NCBI RefSeq assembly: GCF_020745735.1
Contig: NC_083409.1
Span: 14,541,873-14,605,872 of the forward strand
Origin: Hemiscyllium ocellatum
Taxonomy: Eukaryota
DNA length: 64,000 bases
Reading direction: 5' to 3'
Shown: positions 25,340 through 36,724 of the stretch, in pieces
Layout: each line of letters opens with the position of its first letter
Position numbering within the stretch: position 1 is the stretch's first letter
The notes under the pieces: generated by a model
The model's input: only the letters and a program-made list of their open reading frames with translations
Told to the model about the DNA's origin: nothing
Database searches by the model: none
Position numbers and translations under genes: made by a program

Positions 25340-25985
25340 AATCTCAAAGAAGGACTTGCATTTGTGTAGCACCTGTTGCAACCTTAGGATGACTCATGCC
25401 CCTCACTTCTGATTGTACATAGCACGATCCCAGCATGCAGTCTGATAATGAGTGGAGAATCAGGTTTTCACTGATGTTAATTGGGAGATAAATATTGACC
25501 AGGACACCATGGGGATCTGCCCTGCTCTTCTAATATGCAGTGGCATCTTCCACTGCCCTCGAGAGGGCAGACATCAGAACATCCCATCTGAAGACGGTCC
25601 CTCAGTGCTGAACCTCTTACAATGCTACACTTCCTCAGTATTGACACACCAACAGTGCAACACCCCCTGAGTATGAACTGTCTGCTAGTACAGCACTCCC
25701 TTAGTACTCAACCTCTAATAGTCCTGCACTCCCTCAGTGCTGAGACTCAGATTGTGCTGTACTCCCTCAGTACTGACCCCTTGATAGTGCTGCACTCCCT
25801 CAGTACTGAGCCCCTGACATTGCGGCAGTCTCTCAGTACTTACCCTCTGACAGTGCAGCAGTCTCTCAGCTCTGACCCTCTGTCAATGTTGCACTCCCTC
25901 AGTGCTGACTTTCTGACAGTGCTGCACTCCCTCAGCACTGACCCCCTGACAGTGCTGCACTCCCTCAGCACTGCACTGCACTCAC
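25340..25985 (+). mobile_element. DeuSINE (SacSINE1-like) 3' part with a tandemly amplified 33-bp tail
   Basis: GAAGGACTTGCATTT...GATAAATATTGACCAGGACACC...GAGAGGGCAGAC followed by repeats of CTGACAGTGCTGCACTCCCTCAGCACTGACCCC. Confidence 0.75.
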
Positions 25986-28900
25986 AGCCTGGATAATTTG
26001 CTTCAGTGATAGAATCATGTAATGATGGAATCTGAACAATGTCGTAGCAGGCCATTCACCCCAATAAGTTCACACCAATACTGCGACAAGCATCCCACCC
26101 AGATCCAAACCATGACTCTATCAATGTAACCTTCCTTTCGCAATGGCTCATCCACCCAGTCGTCTACATTGTGAGTGGGAGGGGAGATTGCTCCCCACTG
26201 AGACCAGGCTGACACCTACCAGTCCAATAGCCTGCCTTGCTTCCCCATCCCAGCCCACACTTGGAGGAACATGACCACCTGGGGAGGTTGGAGCTGTTTC
26301 CCAACCAGAGATACTGCATTCAGGAGAGAGATGGTGAACAGATGATGATTATATGTGTGTGTGTGTGTGTGTGTATTGGGGATGGGAGTGGATTGAGGGC
26401 CCTTTCCGCAGAAGAGTTTGTAAGTCGATGGGTGAAAGTGGGAGGGGCACTAGTGTAACATCTTTGTTGCTGCTGAAACTCTTGCTGCCTGCTCAGTCAC
26501 GTCTGAGAGACACACAGATACATCAGACACACAGGAGGCAGCTTTCTGTGGATGTTCTCCTGGAGCAGGTCTCATCAATCATGGAGCTATGGTCAGTAAC
26601 AGTGTAAGCTGTGCTGCCAAGAGGTGGGCACTGTGGAGTATGGAGTGTTTTATTTCCCCCCCGACTCTATTTTGATTCACTCCCTGCCGCCCCCCCCCCC
26701 CCCCACTTCACTGTTTGACCACGTAACATTGGCCTTTGATGTGAAGGACACTGCTTGTCACTGGCCACTCGGGTATTTCCTTTCCTCCTGGAGGTGGAAA
26801 ATGAATAAAGACTTCTGCACTTGTCATTTTTCACTGCGTCTCACACTTGCACACTCACAATGTGGGTGCTGGGGAAACATTATGCATCACCATTGTTAGG
26901 CAGCTGTGTGGGGTTATAGAAAAGAAAACAAAATAAAAACTGTGCTGCCCTGAAAGCCTGAGTCTGCATCTCAGCTCGGAAGGATATCAGCTAATTCATC
27001 AAAATTGGTCCTGCCCCTCCACAGCCTAGTCAGGCTGCCTCTGCCTTTCCATCACTCCCAGGTTATCTCTTGTGCCACAGCTCATTCTCCTGAGAGTTGG
27101 CTATACTCAGGCCCAGCACATGATCTTGTCCCACTGTCAGATCCTCTTCGAGAAACTCATGGCTCACCACTGCCATCTCCTGGGCAATTGGAGAAGGGTA
27201 ATAAATAGCTGACAGGTCAATACATTTCCCATCCCAAGAGAAATCAAAATAAAGGATGTAGAATTCAAATGATCAAACTGGTGGAAGATGGAGTGGATCA
27301 ACTCCGTGATTAAATTTCACCTGATAATTGCTGTATTAAGTTCAAGGTGAACTTAAGATGGTCTCTGCTGAATTCAGGTCAATTTTCATGGTTAACTTTC
27401 TCTCCAAACTGATTCTAATTTGAGTGTTGCTGAAAAACAAAACATTTTGTTGGAGCTTTTTGTCTTGCATGCATCAGGACAATTTGCAAGAAATGCCACA
27501 GCAAAGGGAAACAATATTTAAACTGGTGTGTTCATCGTGACAACACTTCAATCTGTCAGACTTTCCTCTCATGCAATATAAACGTTGTTTTTTTTCTCTT
27601 TTGATTGGATTTTTGCAATTGCCCTGATGAGGGAAAAACGAAAGCTTCCACAATATTCTCAAATAATTATTTGATCATAATTTACTCTTTTGCTTCAGAC
27701 CTGTTCAATTTCCAAGGAGTAATTCTGTCCCATTTTGAATGGAGGTCTCAGTTCATCAGCACTCACTAAATTCCAATCTCTGCATCAAAATATTTTTCCT
27801 GATCTCCTTCCTGTACCTGGTGTTTGACCACAGAGTGTGTCATTTTGCCTTTCAGTTTGCCATCATTGACAGAAAATCTACATTTACTGTGTTGATTTCA
27901 TTAAGGAATTTTGAATATCAGAATTCCCTCCCTCCCTCCTCGAGATCCTGTTCTGGTGTTTCCTTGTAACCTGGATCTCCTATCCCTGGACTATTCTGCA
28001 TTGCACCTCATAGAAGCCCCTAACTGTCCACCATATTCCAGATGTGACCTAACCATTCTTCAGTACAGCTGTCCTGGCGAATCTCCCCTCCATCTCCTCA
28101 CTCTCAATATTCATTCCAAAATCCCAGTGGAATTTCCCATGTCTTATTCTGAAAATTTTCCCAATTTTAAGCATTTATGTCACTGGCCATCCTTTCTTAC
28201 CCGCTGCAGTACATTGTTTACAATATGAGCTGCACTTCAGCATTTATTGTTCTGAGTCATTTCAAGCAGGAAAGCTTCTTGCCAACTCTCAGGAGAGAAA
28301 CTCAGTTAATCCCATTGCCCTGCTCTATCCCAATCGCTTTAATTGTATTTCTGGTGTATTCAACAACATCTGCATTACAGTCTTACACCCACTAATGGCT
28401 TTCTGTCATCTCTTGCGTTCTTCCTGATTATCTTTTTTTGCAGTTTAGTGACATTGTCTTTGTACCCGTTTGTTAGACCTTTGCAATTCATATTGTGCCT
28501 GATCCCAGTGCCAGTCGTTGGGGCACTCCACCTTGTAATCTGAAAAAGCAGGCTCCAGTCTTTCAAAGAGATTGATTCAAGCCTCCCCCAGGTTATTATT
28601 TGAATTGTCCCTCATTTATTTTGATTTCTCCTGGGATGGGGCAAGCGTTGATGTGTCTGCTATTGGTTGTCCTTCCCTAATTGTCCTGGAGAGGGCGGTG
28701 GTGAGCAATTTAATATCTGGGAAGGACGGGGCTGGGATGTGTCCAAGTAAAAACCATGAAACTCAATGTCATTTTATGTATGTTCTTTAGGCAAAGGGAA
28801 TCCAGTCATCACCCAGACTGTGACTCCAGTCCCACAGTGACATGATTCATTCTTCACGGCCCCATGATCTGGCTCAGCAAAGAACTCAGTCTGAACTGCT

Positions 28901-29584
28901 GGAGATGGGCAATAAATATGAGGCTTGCCAATGACATTAACACCCTGAGAAGGAATAATGCTGCTCTTTGCTATCTGCCTTTTAGCCTCTGAGCCACCAC
29001 ACTCTCGCTGGTAAGGGTCTCTAATCCTCTCACATTAATATATTAAATGATGGCAATATGTGAAGAGCTTTTATTTTGAATTGTCAGTTCTCTTTTCCCA
29101 TGCCTCTCTCCTCTTCAGGGGGGAGGGAGGAAAAACAGCTTTTGTACTAGGATACTTATCACAGCCCAATGAAAATGTCTCCTGTGATATGATTATCTTC
29201 ACAGTGTGCTGTTTTGTTCATTCTGTGATACACGTAGACAATATCAGTATTGAGAGGGACAAAGTATATGTCCTTCTCTAACCCCTTTCCAACACACCCT
29301 CTCCATCTTGCTTTACTCCTTATTGACTCTTCTACAATTGTCCCTGTTCCCTCACTCTGTCCCAGTCCCAGAGGGATTGATGGCCGGAGTTCATGACCCC
29401 GCACTGTGTGAAGGTTGGTGTGAAGTGAGGCCAGTGTGTTGGAGGTTGGGCTCCTCCCTCAGGCCCAGGTGTAGGGGCCTGTTCAACAATCTGCATATTG
29501 TCCTTTTTCTCTTTCTGAATGAACTGAATCAAGTTGCAGTAAGGATCTGGCAACAAGGTGTCTTGTCTAAAATGTTCCCAGCAT

Positions 29585-30660
29585 TGGATACAGAATTGGC
29601 TGTGTTGGAGGAGACAGAGGGCAGTGATGGGGGGATGGTTTTCAGAATGGAGGTCTAGTGGTGTTTTACAGGGTTCAGTGGTGGGAACTCTGCTGTTCAT
29701 GGTCTGCATAAATGATTTGGAGGAAGGTGTAGCTGGTCTAATTAAAAAGTTAACAGTTGATACAAAGATTGGTAGAGTTACAGATAATGAGAAGGATTGT
29801 CAGAGGATACAGCAGGATAGAGATCAGTTGAATGCATGGACAGAAAAATGGCAGATGTAGTTTAATCCAGACAAATGTGAGGCGATGCATTTTGAAAGGT
29901 GCTGTACAGGTGGGAATTATACAGTGAATGGCAGAATCCTTTGGAGTATTGATATGCAGAGGGATCTGGGTGTGTATGTTCACAGATCACTGAAGGTGGC
30001 AGCACAGCGAGGTAAGGTTGTGAAAAAGGCTTATGGCCTGCTTGCCTTCATTGGAAGGGGCATTGAGTATAAGGACAGACAAGTTATGCTGCAGCTTTAT
30101 AGAACTTTAGTTAGGCCACACTTGGAATAGTGCACACAGTTCTGGTCACCACACTATCAGAAGGATGTGGATGTTTTGAAGACGGTGCAGAAAATGTTTA
30201 CCAGGATATTGTCTGGTATGGGGGGGATTTTAGTTCTGAAGAAAGGTTGGAGAGACTGGGTTTGTTTTCACCAGAATGAGGGAAAATGAGGTGTGACCTC
30301 AAAGAAGTTTATTAAGTTTTGAATGGCATAGGTAGGGTGGAAAATATGAAGCTTTTTCCCAGGATGGAGGGGTCACTTACTCGGGGACAGAGGTTCAAGG
30401 TGCGGGGGGAAGGAGGAATTTAAAAGAGATGTGCGAGGCAAGTATTTCACTCAAAGGGAGTTGAGTACCTGGAACACACTGCCAGAAGAGGTAGTGGAAG
30501 CAGACACAATAGAAGTATTCAAGAAATACCTGCACTAATGCATGAATAGGAAGGGAATAGAGGGATATGAATCCTGTAGGTGAATACAGTTTCAGTGAGG
30601 AAGGGCAAAATGTGTCAGCACAGGCTTGGAGGGCCGAAGGGCCTGTTTCTGTGCTGTATT
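29585..30660 (+). mobile_element. 5'-truncated CR1 LINE
   Basis: VLQGSVVGTLLFMVCINDL and LQLYRTLVRPHLE motifs plus LINE tail. Confidence 0.9.
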
Positions 30661-30829
30661 GTGCCTTGTTCTTCGATCCCTGCTGTTGAATTGGATTCTC
30701 GGGAGCCAGCTCCGTATGAAGAGCCTGTTCTCATTCTTTTATTGGAGTTCATGGGGCAGCTGCTGCTTCCTTGCTATGTCACTGATCAAACCAACAATGT
30801 GGAAAGCCTCTTGATATTCAAAGTTTGGG

Positions 30830-31620
30830 AGAAGATTTGTAGCTCGGGTGCTCGTTGCTGTGGTTCTGTTTGCTGAGCTGGGATTTTGTGTTGCAGACGT
30901 TTCATCCCCTATCGCGGAGTCATCATCAGTGCTTGGGAGCCTCCTGTGAAGTGCTTCTGTGATGTTTCCTCCAGCATTTATTGTGGTTTGAATCTGCTGC
31001 TTCCGGTTGTCAGTTCTAGCTGTCTGTTGCAGTGGTTGGTATATTGGGTCCAGGTCGATGAGCTTATAGGTTGAATCTGTGGATGAGTGCCATGCCTCAA
31101 GGAATTCCCTGGCTGTTCTCTGTTTGGCTTGTCCTATAATAGTAGTGTTGTCCCAGTTGAAATCATGTTGCTTGTCATCTGCGTGTGTGGCTCCTAAGGA
31201 TAGCTGGTCATGCTACATAGGACAAACAGGAAGACAGCTAACGATCCGCATCCATGAACATCAACTTGCCACGAAATGACACGACCAGCTATCCTTAGTA
31301 GCCGTACACGCAGATGACAAGCAACATGAATTCGACAGGGACAACACTACTATTATAGGACAAGCCAAACAGAGAACAGCCAGGGAATTCCTAGAGGCAT
31401 GGCACTCATCCACAGATTCAATCAATAAGCACATCGACCTGGACCCAATATACCGACAACTGCAGTGGACAGCTGGAACTGACAACCGGAAGCGGCAGAT
31501 TCAAACCACTACAAATGCCAGAGGAAACATCACAGAAGCGCTTCACAGGAGGCTCCCAAGCACTGAGGATGTCACCTAGACAGGGACGAAACGTCTGCAA
31601 CACAAATTCCCAGAACAGAA
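30830..31620. mobile_element. Penelope-like element as an inverted pair (GIY-YIG end plus pseudo-LTR in both arms)
   Basis: ~30850-31205 is the reverse complement of ~31270-31620; CYIGQTGRQLTIRIHEH lies in the middle; hammerhead at 31560-31598. Confidence 0.88.
31560..31598 (+). ncRNA. Minimal hammerhead ribozyme in a Penelope pseudo-LTR
   Basis: GCA-CTGAGGA-T-GTC A CCT AGAC AGG GAC-GAAAC-GTC-TGC: stem I GCA/TGC, stem II GTC/GAC plus CCT/AGG, and palindromic stem III AC/GT. Confidence 0.7.
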
Positions 31621-32240
31621 TCGGCGAAAAGAAGCACAACAGCCTCTTGATATTTTAAATACACTGTCTGCAAGAAAATGCTTGGCAGAGGTTTTAACAT
31701 TGTTTAATAAGACAAAGATGTAAATACACCAGTTTGTTTACAGCTATGAGCGTGTAACATCATGGTCCTTGTTTTAATGGACCCTCCCTCATGGTAATAC
31801 ATTTTACAATGTTTCTCTCCCCTTACATGTTGTGAAGAGATTTGCAAACGTGTTTTGATGAGGACAGTGCATCTTCAACACCGTTTGGTGGAGTGGGAGT
31901 CTGTTTGAATTCTCACTTGTGATAATACAGTTTTAAATGCGTCAGGGTTACTTTCCCCGCTGTCTGGGGGTGTCGCTGTCATTCACCCCAGCCCACCCTT
32001 CCCTCTTGGGGTAATACTATTTTTCACATCATTTTGGACACATTTGGAGGGGAGCGACTTACCAGGGCCATTCAGTGGGGTGCAGGTCTCTGGCACAGTG
32101 TCTGACCCTGTTGCACAGAAGGAAAGGAGAAAAAGGAGGAGAGCGTTAGTCATTGGGGACTCAATAGTTCGAAGGTCAGATAGAACGTTTGTTGGGGATG
32201 AATGAGACTCATGTTTGGCGTATTGGACCCAGGTGCCAAG

Positions 32241-34374
32241 GCTGAAAATGTGTTGCTGGAAAAGCGCAGCAGGTCAGGCAGCATTCAAGGAGCAGGAGAA
32301 TCGCTGTTTCGGGCAACAGCCCTCCTTCGGGAATGAGGAAAGTGTGTCCAGCAGGCTAAGATAAAAGGTAAGGAGGGACTTTGGGGAGGGGCGTTTGGAA
32401 ACGCAATAGGTGGAAGGAGGTTAAGGTGAGGGTGATAGGCCAGAGTAGGGTGAGGGCGGAGAGGTCAGGAAGAAGATCGCAGGATAGGAAGGCGGTGCTG
32501 AGTTCGAGGGTTGGGACTGAGACAAGGTGGGGCGAGGGGAAATGAGGAAACTGGAGAAATCTGAGTTCATCCCTTGTGGTTGGAGGGTTCCGAGGCAGAA
32601 GATAAAGCGCTCTTCCTCCAGCCGTCATGTTGCTATGGTCTGGCGATGGAGGAGTCCAAGGACCTGCATGTCCTTGGTAGAGTGGGAGGGGCAGTTGAAG
32701 TGTTGAGCCATGGGGTGGTTGGGTTGGTTGTTCCGGGTGTCCCAGAGGTGTACCCTGAAATATCCCGCAAGTAGGTGGCCTGTCTCCCCAATATAGAGGA
32801 GGCCGCATCGGGTGCAGCAGATAAGTAAATGATATGTGTGGAGGTGCAGGTGAATTTGTGGCGGATATGGAAGGATCCCTTGGGGCCTTGGAGGGAAGTA
32901 AGGGGGGAGGTGTGGGCGCAAGTTTTGCATTTCTTGCAGTTGCAGGGGAAGGTGCCGGGAGTGGAGGTTGGGTTGGTGGGGGGGTGTGGACCTGACGAGG
33001 GAGTCACGGAGGGAGAGGTCTTTTCGGAACACTGATAGGGGAGGGGAGGGAAATATATCCCTGGTGGTGGGGTCCATTTGGAGGTGGTGGAAGTGACGAC
33101 GGATGATACGATGTATATGGAGATTGGTGGGGTGGTAGATGAGGACCAGTGGGGTTTTGTCCTGGTGGTGATTGGAGGGGCGGGGCTCAAGGGCGGAGGA
33201 GCGGGAAGTGGAGGAGATGCGGAAGAGAGCATCGTCGATCACGTCTGGGGTGAAATTGCAGTCTTTGAAGAAGGAGGCCGTCTGGATTGTACAGTATTCC
33301 TTCTTCAAAGACCGCAATTTCCTGCCAGACCTGATCGATGATGTTCTCCACCGCATGTCCTCAACTTCCCGCTCCTCCGCCCTTGAGCCCCGCCCCTCCA
33401 ATCACACAGGACAGAACCTCACTGGTCCTCACCTACCACCCCACCAACTTCCATATGCATTGTATCATCCGTTGTCACTTCCGCCACCTCCAAATGGACC
33501 CCACTACCAGGGATACATTTCGCTCCCCTCCTCTCCCCTATCAGCATTTCAAAAAGACCACTCCCTCCGTGACTCCCTCGTCAGTTCCACACCCCCCATC
33601 AACCCAACCTCCACTCCCGGCACCTTCCCCTGCAATCACAAGAAATGCAAAACTTGTGCCTACACCTCCCCCCTTACTTCCCTCCAAGACCACAAGGGAT
33701 CCTTCCATATCCGCCACAAATTCACCTGCACCTCCACACACATCATTTACTGTATCTGCTGCACCCGATGAGGCCTCCTTTATATTGGAGAGACAGGCCA
33801 CCTACTTGCGGAACGTTTCAGAGAACACCTCTGGGACACCCGGACCAACCAACCCAACCACCCCGTGGCTCAACACTTCAACTCCCCCTCCCACTCCACC
33901 AAGGACATGTAGGTCCTTGGACTCCTCCATCGCCAGACCATAGCAACACGACGGCTGGAGGAAGAGTACCTCATCCTCTGCCTAGGAACCCTCCAACCAC
34001 AAGGGATGAACTCAGATTTCTCCAGTTTCCTCATTTCCCCTCGCCCCACCTTGTCTCAGCCCCAACCCTCGAACTCAGCACCACCTTCCTAACCTGCAAT
34101 CTTCTTCCTGACCTCTCTGCCCCCACCCCTACTCTGGCCTATCATCCTCACCTTAACCTCCTTCCACCTATCGCATTTCCAATGCCCCTCCCCCAAGTCC
34201 CTCCTCCCTACCTTTTATCTTAGCCTGCTTGGCACACTTTCCTCATTCCTGAAGAAGGGCTTATGCCCAAAATGCCGTTTCTCCTGCTCCTTGGATGCTG
34301 CCTGACCTGCTGCGCTTTTCCAGCAACACATTTTCAGCTCTGATCTCCAGCATCTGCAGTCCCCACTTTCTCCT
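32241..34374. mobile_element. 2.1-kb Penelope-like inverted dimer inserted in CR1 ORF1
   Basis: Two ~1-kb arms are reverse complements around ~33285, each with a GIY-YIG motif (CGLLYIGETGHLLA); CCAGGTGCCA is duplicated at 32229-32238 and 34375-34384. Confidence 0.92.
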
Positions 34375-36000
34375 CCAGGTGCCAGAGTCCATGATGTTTT
34401 GGATCTTGTCTTTAGGGTCCTGAAGGGAGAGGGTGACTAGACTCAAGTCGTGATCCAACGACATAGGTAGAAAGAGGGATAGGGATGTAAATCATGATTT
34501 CAGGGAGCTAGGGTGGAAGCTGAGAGCTATAAAAAAGAGTTGTTATCTCTGGTTTGTTACCTGTGCCACGTTATAGCAAGGCAAGGAATAGGGAGAGAGA
34601 TCAGCTAAACGTGTGGCTGCAGGGATGGTGCAGGAGAGAGGGTTTCAGGTGTATGAATAATTGGGGCACATTCTGGGGAAGGTAGGACCTCTACAAACAG
34701 GATGGTCTTCACTTGAACCAGAAGGGTACTAATATCTTGGGTGGGAAATTTGCTGGTCCTATTCTGGTGGGTTTAAACTACCACAGCAGGTGGATGGGAA
34801 CCTGAGGTGTCATTCCAGTGCACAGGAGGATGAGAGAAGGGAGGGCATGGACAGGATTTCACGGTCACAGGAATGTGCTGGCAGACAGCGAAGTGATTTG
34901 AAATGTGTCTACTTCAACGCTAGAAGTATCTGAAATAAGGTAGGTGAGCTTGCAGCATGGATAGACACCTGGGATTTCAAGGTTGTGGCCATTTCAGAGA
35001 CATGGATAGAGCAGAATCAGGAATGGATGTTGCAGGTTCCAGGGTTTAGATCTTTCGTTAAGAACAGGGAAAAAAGTAAAAGAGGGGAAGGTGTGACCTT
35101 GTTAGTCAAGGACGGTATAACGTTGGCTGAAAGAATTTTTGACAAGGACTCATCTACTGAGGTGGTATGGGCTGAGGTAAGAAACAGGATGAGAAGGCAC
35201 ACTGCTGGGAGTTCTTTACAGGCCTCCACAGAGTTCCAGCGATGTGGAGGAGAGAATCGACAAAATAATTCTGGGTAAGAGCAAAAGGAACAGAGTGCTC
35301 ATTATGGGGGACTTTAACGTCCCCAACATTGACTGGAAATGCTAGAACTCTAATATATCAGATGGATCAGTTTCTGTCCAAATTGTACAGGAGGGTTTCC
35401 TGACACAGTATGTCGAAGGGCCGACAAAAAGAGAGGCCACAGTGGGTCTGGTGCTTGATAATGAACCATGCCTGGTGTTTGATTTAGTGGTAGGAAGACA
35501 CTTTGGTGAGAGTGACCATAATTCAGTTCCATTTAGTTTAGTGATGGAAACGGATAGGTACATGCCACAGGGCAACAGTTATAGATGGGGGAAGGGTAAT
35601 TATAATGCGATTAAGCAAGACTTAGGCTACATAGAATGGGGTAGCAAGATGCAGGGGATGGGGACAATCAAAATGTGGCGCTAGTTTAAGGAATAGATAT
35701 TGCGTGTCCTTGATAGGTATGTCCCTGTGTGGCAGGGGGAACTGATAAGATAAGGGATCCGTGATTTACTAAAGACATTGCATCTCTTGTTAAGTGGAAG
35801 AAGGAGGCTTCTGTGACAATGAGATGAGATGATTCAGATGAGGCAATGGAGAGTTACAGATTAGCTAGGAATGAGTTAAAGAGAGAGTTGAGAAGAGCAA
35901 AGAAAGGACATGAACAGTCTTTAGCAGGTAGAATAAAGGAGAACCCTAAAGCTTTCTATAGACATGTGAAGAATAAAAGGATGACTAGGGTAAGAATAGG

Positions 36001-36220
36001 CAAAAGTGAGGAGTGCAGATGCTGGAAACCAGTGTTTAGATCAGAGTGGTACTGGAAAAGCACAGCAGGTCAGGCAGCATCCGAGCAGCAGGAAAATCGA
36101 TGTTTCGGGCAAAAGCGCTTCATCAGGAATAGATGAAGGGGTTTTGCCCGAAACGTCGATTTTCCTTGCTCCTTGATGCAGCCTGACCTGCTGTGCCTTC
36201 CAGGACCACTCTGACCTAAA
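36001..36220. mobile_element. Penelope-derived hairpin element inside CR1 ORF2
   Basis: Inverted arms around CTTCATCAGGAATAGATGAAG; flanked by duplicated CTAGGGTA(A/G)GAATAGG. Confidence 0.8.
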
Positions 36221-36229
36221 CTAGGGTAG

Positions 36230-36724
36230 TGTTAAGACAGTTCTACCGTCCCCGTGTTCGTTTCGGAGGAATGAGACACCGGGTCAGATTCTCAGAAACA
36301 GACTGCTTTATTCGAGAGAATCGAGTTACAGCAAGGTATCAGGCTTGCTGGAGAAGGCGCCTTCTGACCCTTTGTTCTAAGTTGTTTATTCTTATACCCC
36401 CCTTATTCCTGCACCGTTCCCTTATTTGGTAATGGTCGGTTCTATAGTTTGTCATTGGCCCCAGTCTCTTAACAGTGTTCTAACATACCTTATTTGGCTA
36501 TCAGTAAGCTCAACTTGCTATGTACCAGATGGCCCCTTTGTTCTGTTTTTTCAAGTTTTACTGCTCTTTCAGTACTTTTCCACTGGTTCAGTTATCTTCC
36601 TCAGACCTCGTGTCTGTTTCCCCCTCTGGGGCCCACTGGCTACATCAGCCTGAGAGCTACTTCTACCTAACATTTTAATGTTACTTCTATCTCACACTCG
36701 CCTGAGTGCTACTTCTACCTAACA
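36230..36724 (-). mobile_element. Solo LTR, 495 bp, with 4-bp TSD
   Basis: TGTTA...TAACA termini; GTAG duplicated at 36226-36229 and 36725-36728; AATAAA on the minus strand at ~36307. Confidence 0.85.

Noticed and set aside
25840-25985. CRISPR-like array
   Set aside because: Eukaryotic tandem repeat with no unique spacers.
25622-25996. ORF with LTVLHSLSTDP repeats
   Set aside because: Translation of a 33-bp SINE-tail tandem repeat; no evidence of a gene.
26625-26640. CACTGTG heptamer as a J-RSS
   Set aside because: No nonamer at 12 or 23 bp and no J-like codons follow; likewise for CACAGTG at ~28834 and ~32095.
26460-26920. Possible kappa intronic enhancer (E-boxes, GGGTATTTCC)
   Set aside because: The kappaB match is imperfect and E-boxes are expected by chance; no J anchors the position.
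29332-29709. 125-aa ORF as a real gene
   Set aside because: Its N-terminal part is antisense CR1 sequence; only the duplicated core is reported, as an unidentified block.
32356-34223. Several 150-258 aa Pro-rich ORFs
   Set aside because: Alternative frames and antisense of the Penelope inverted dimer.
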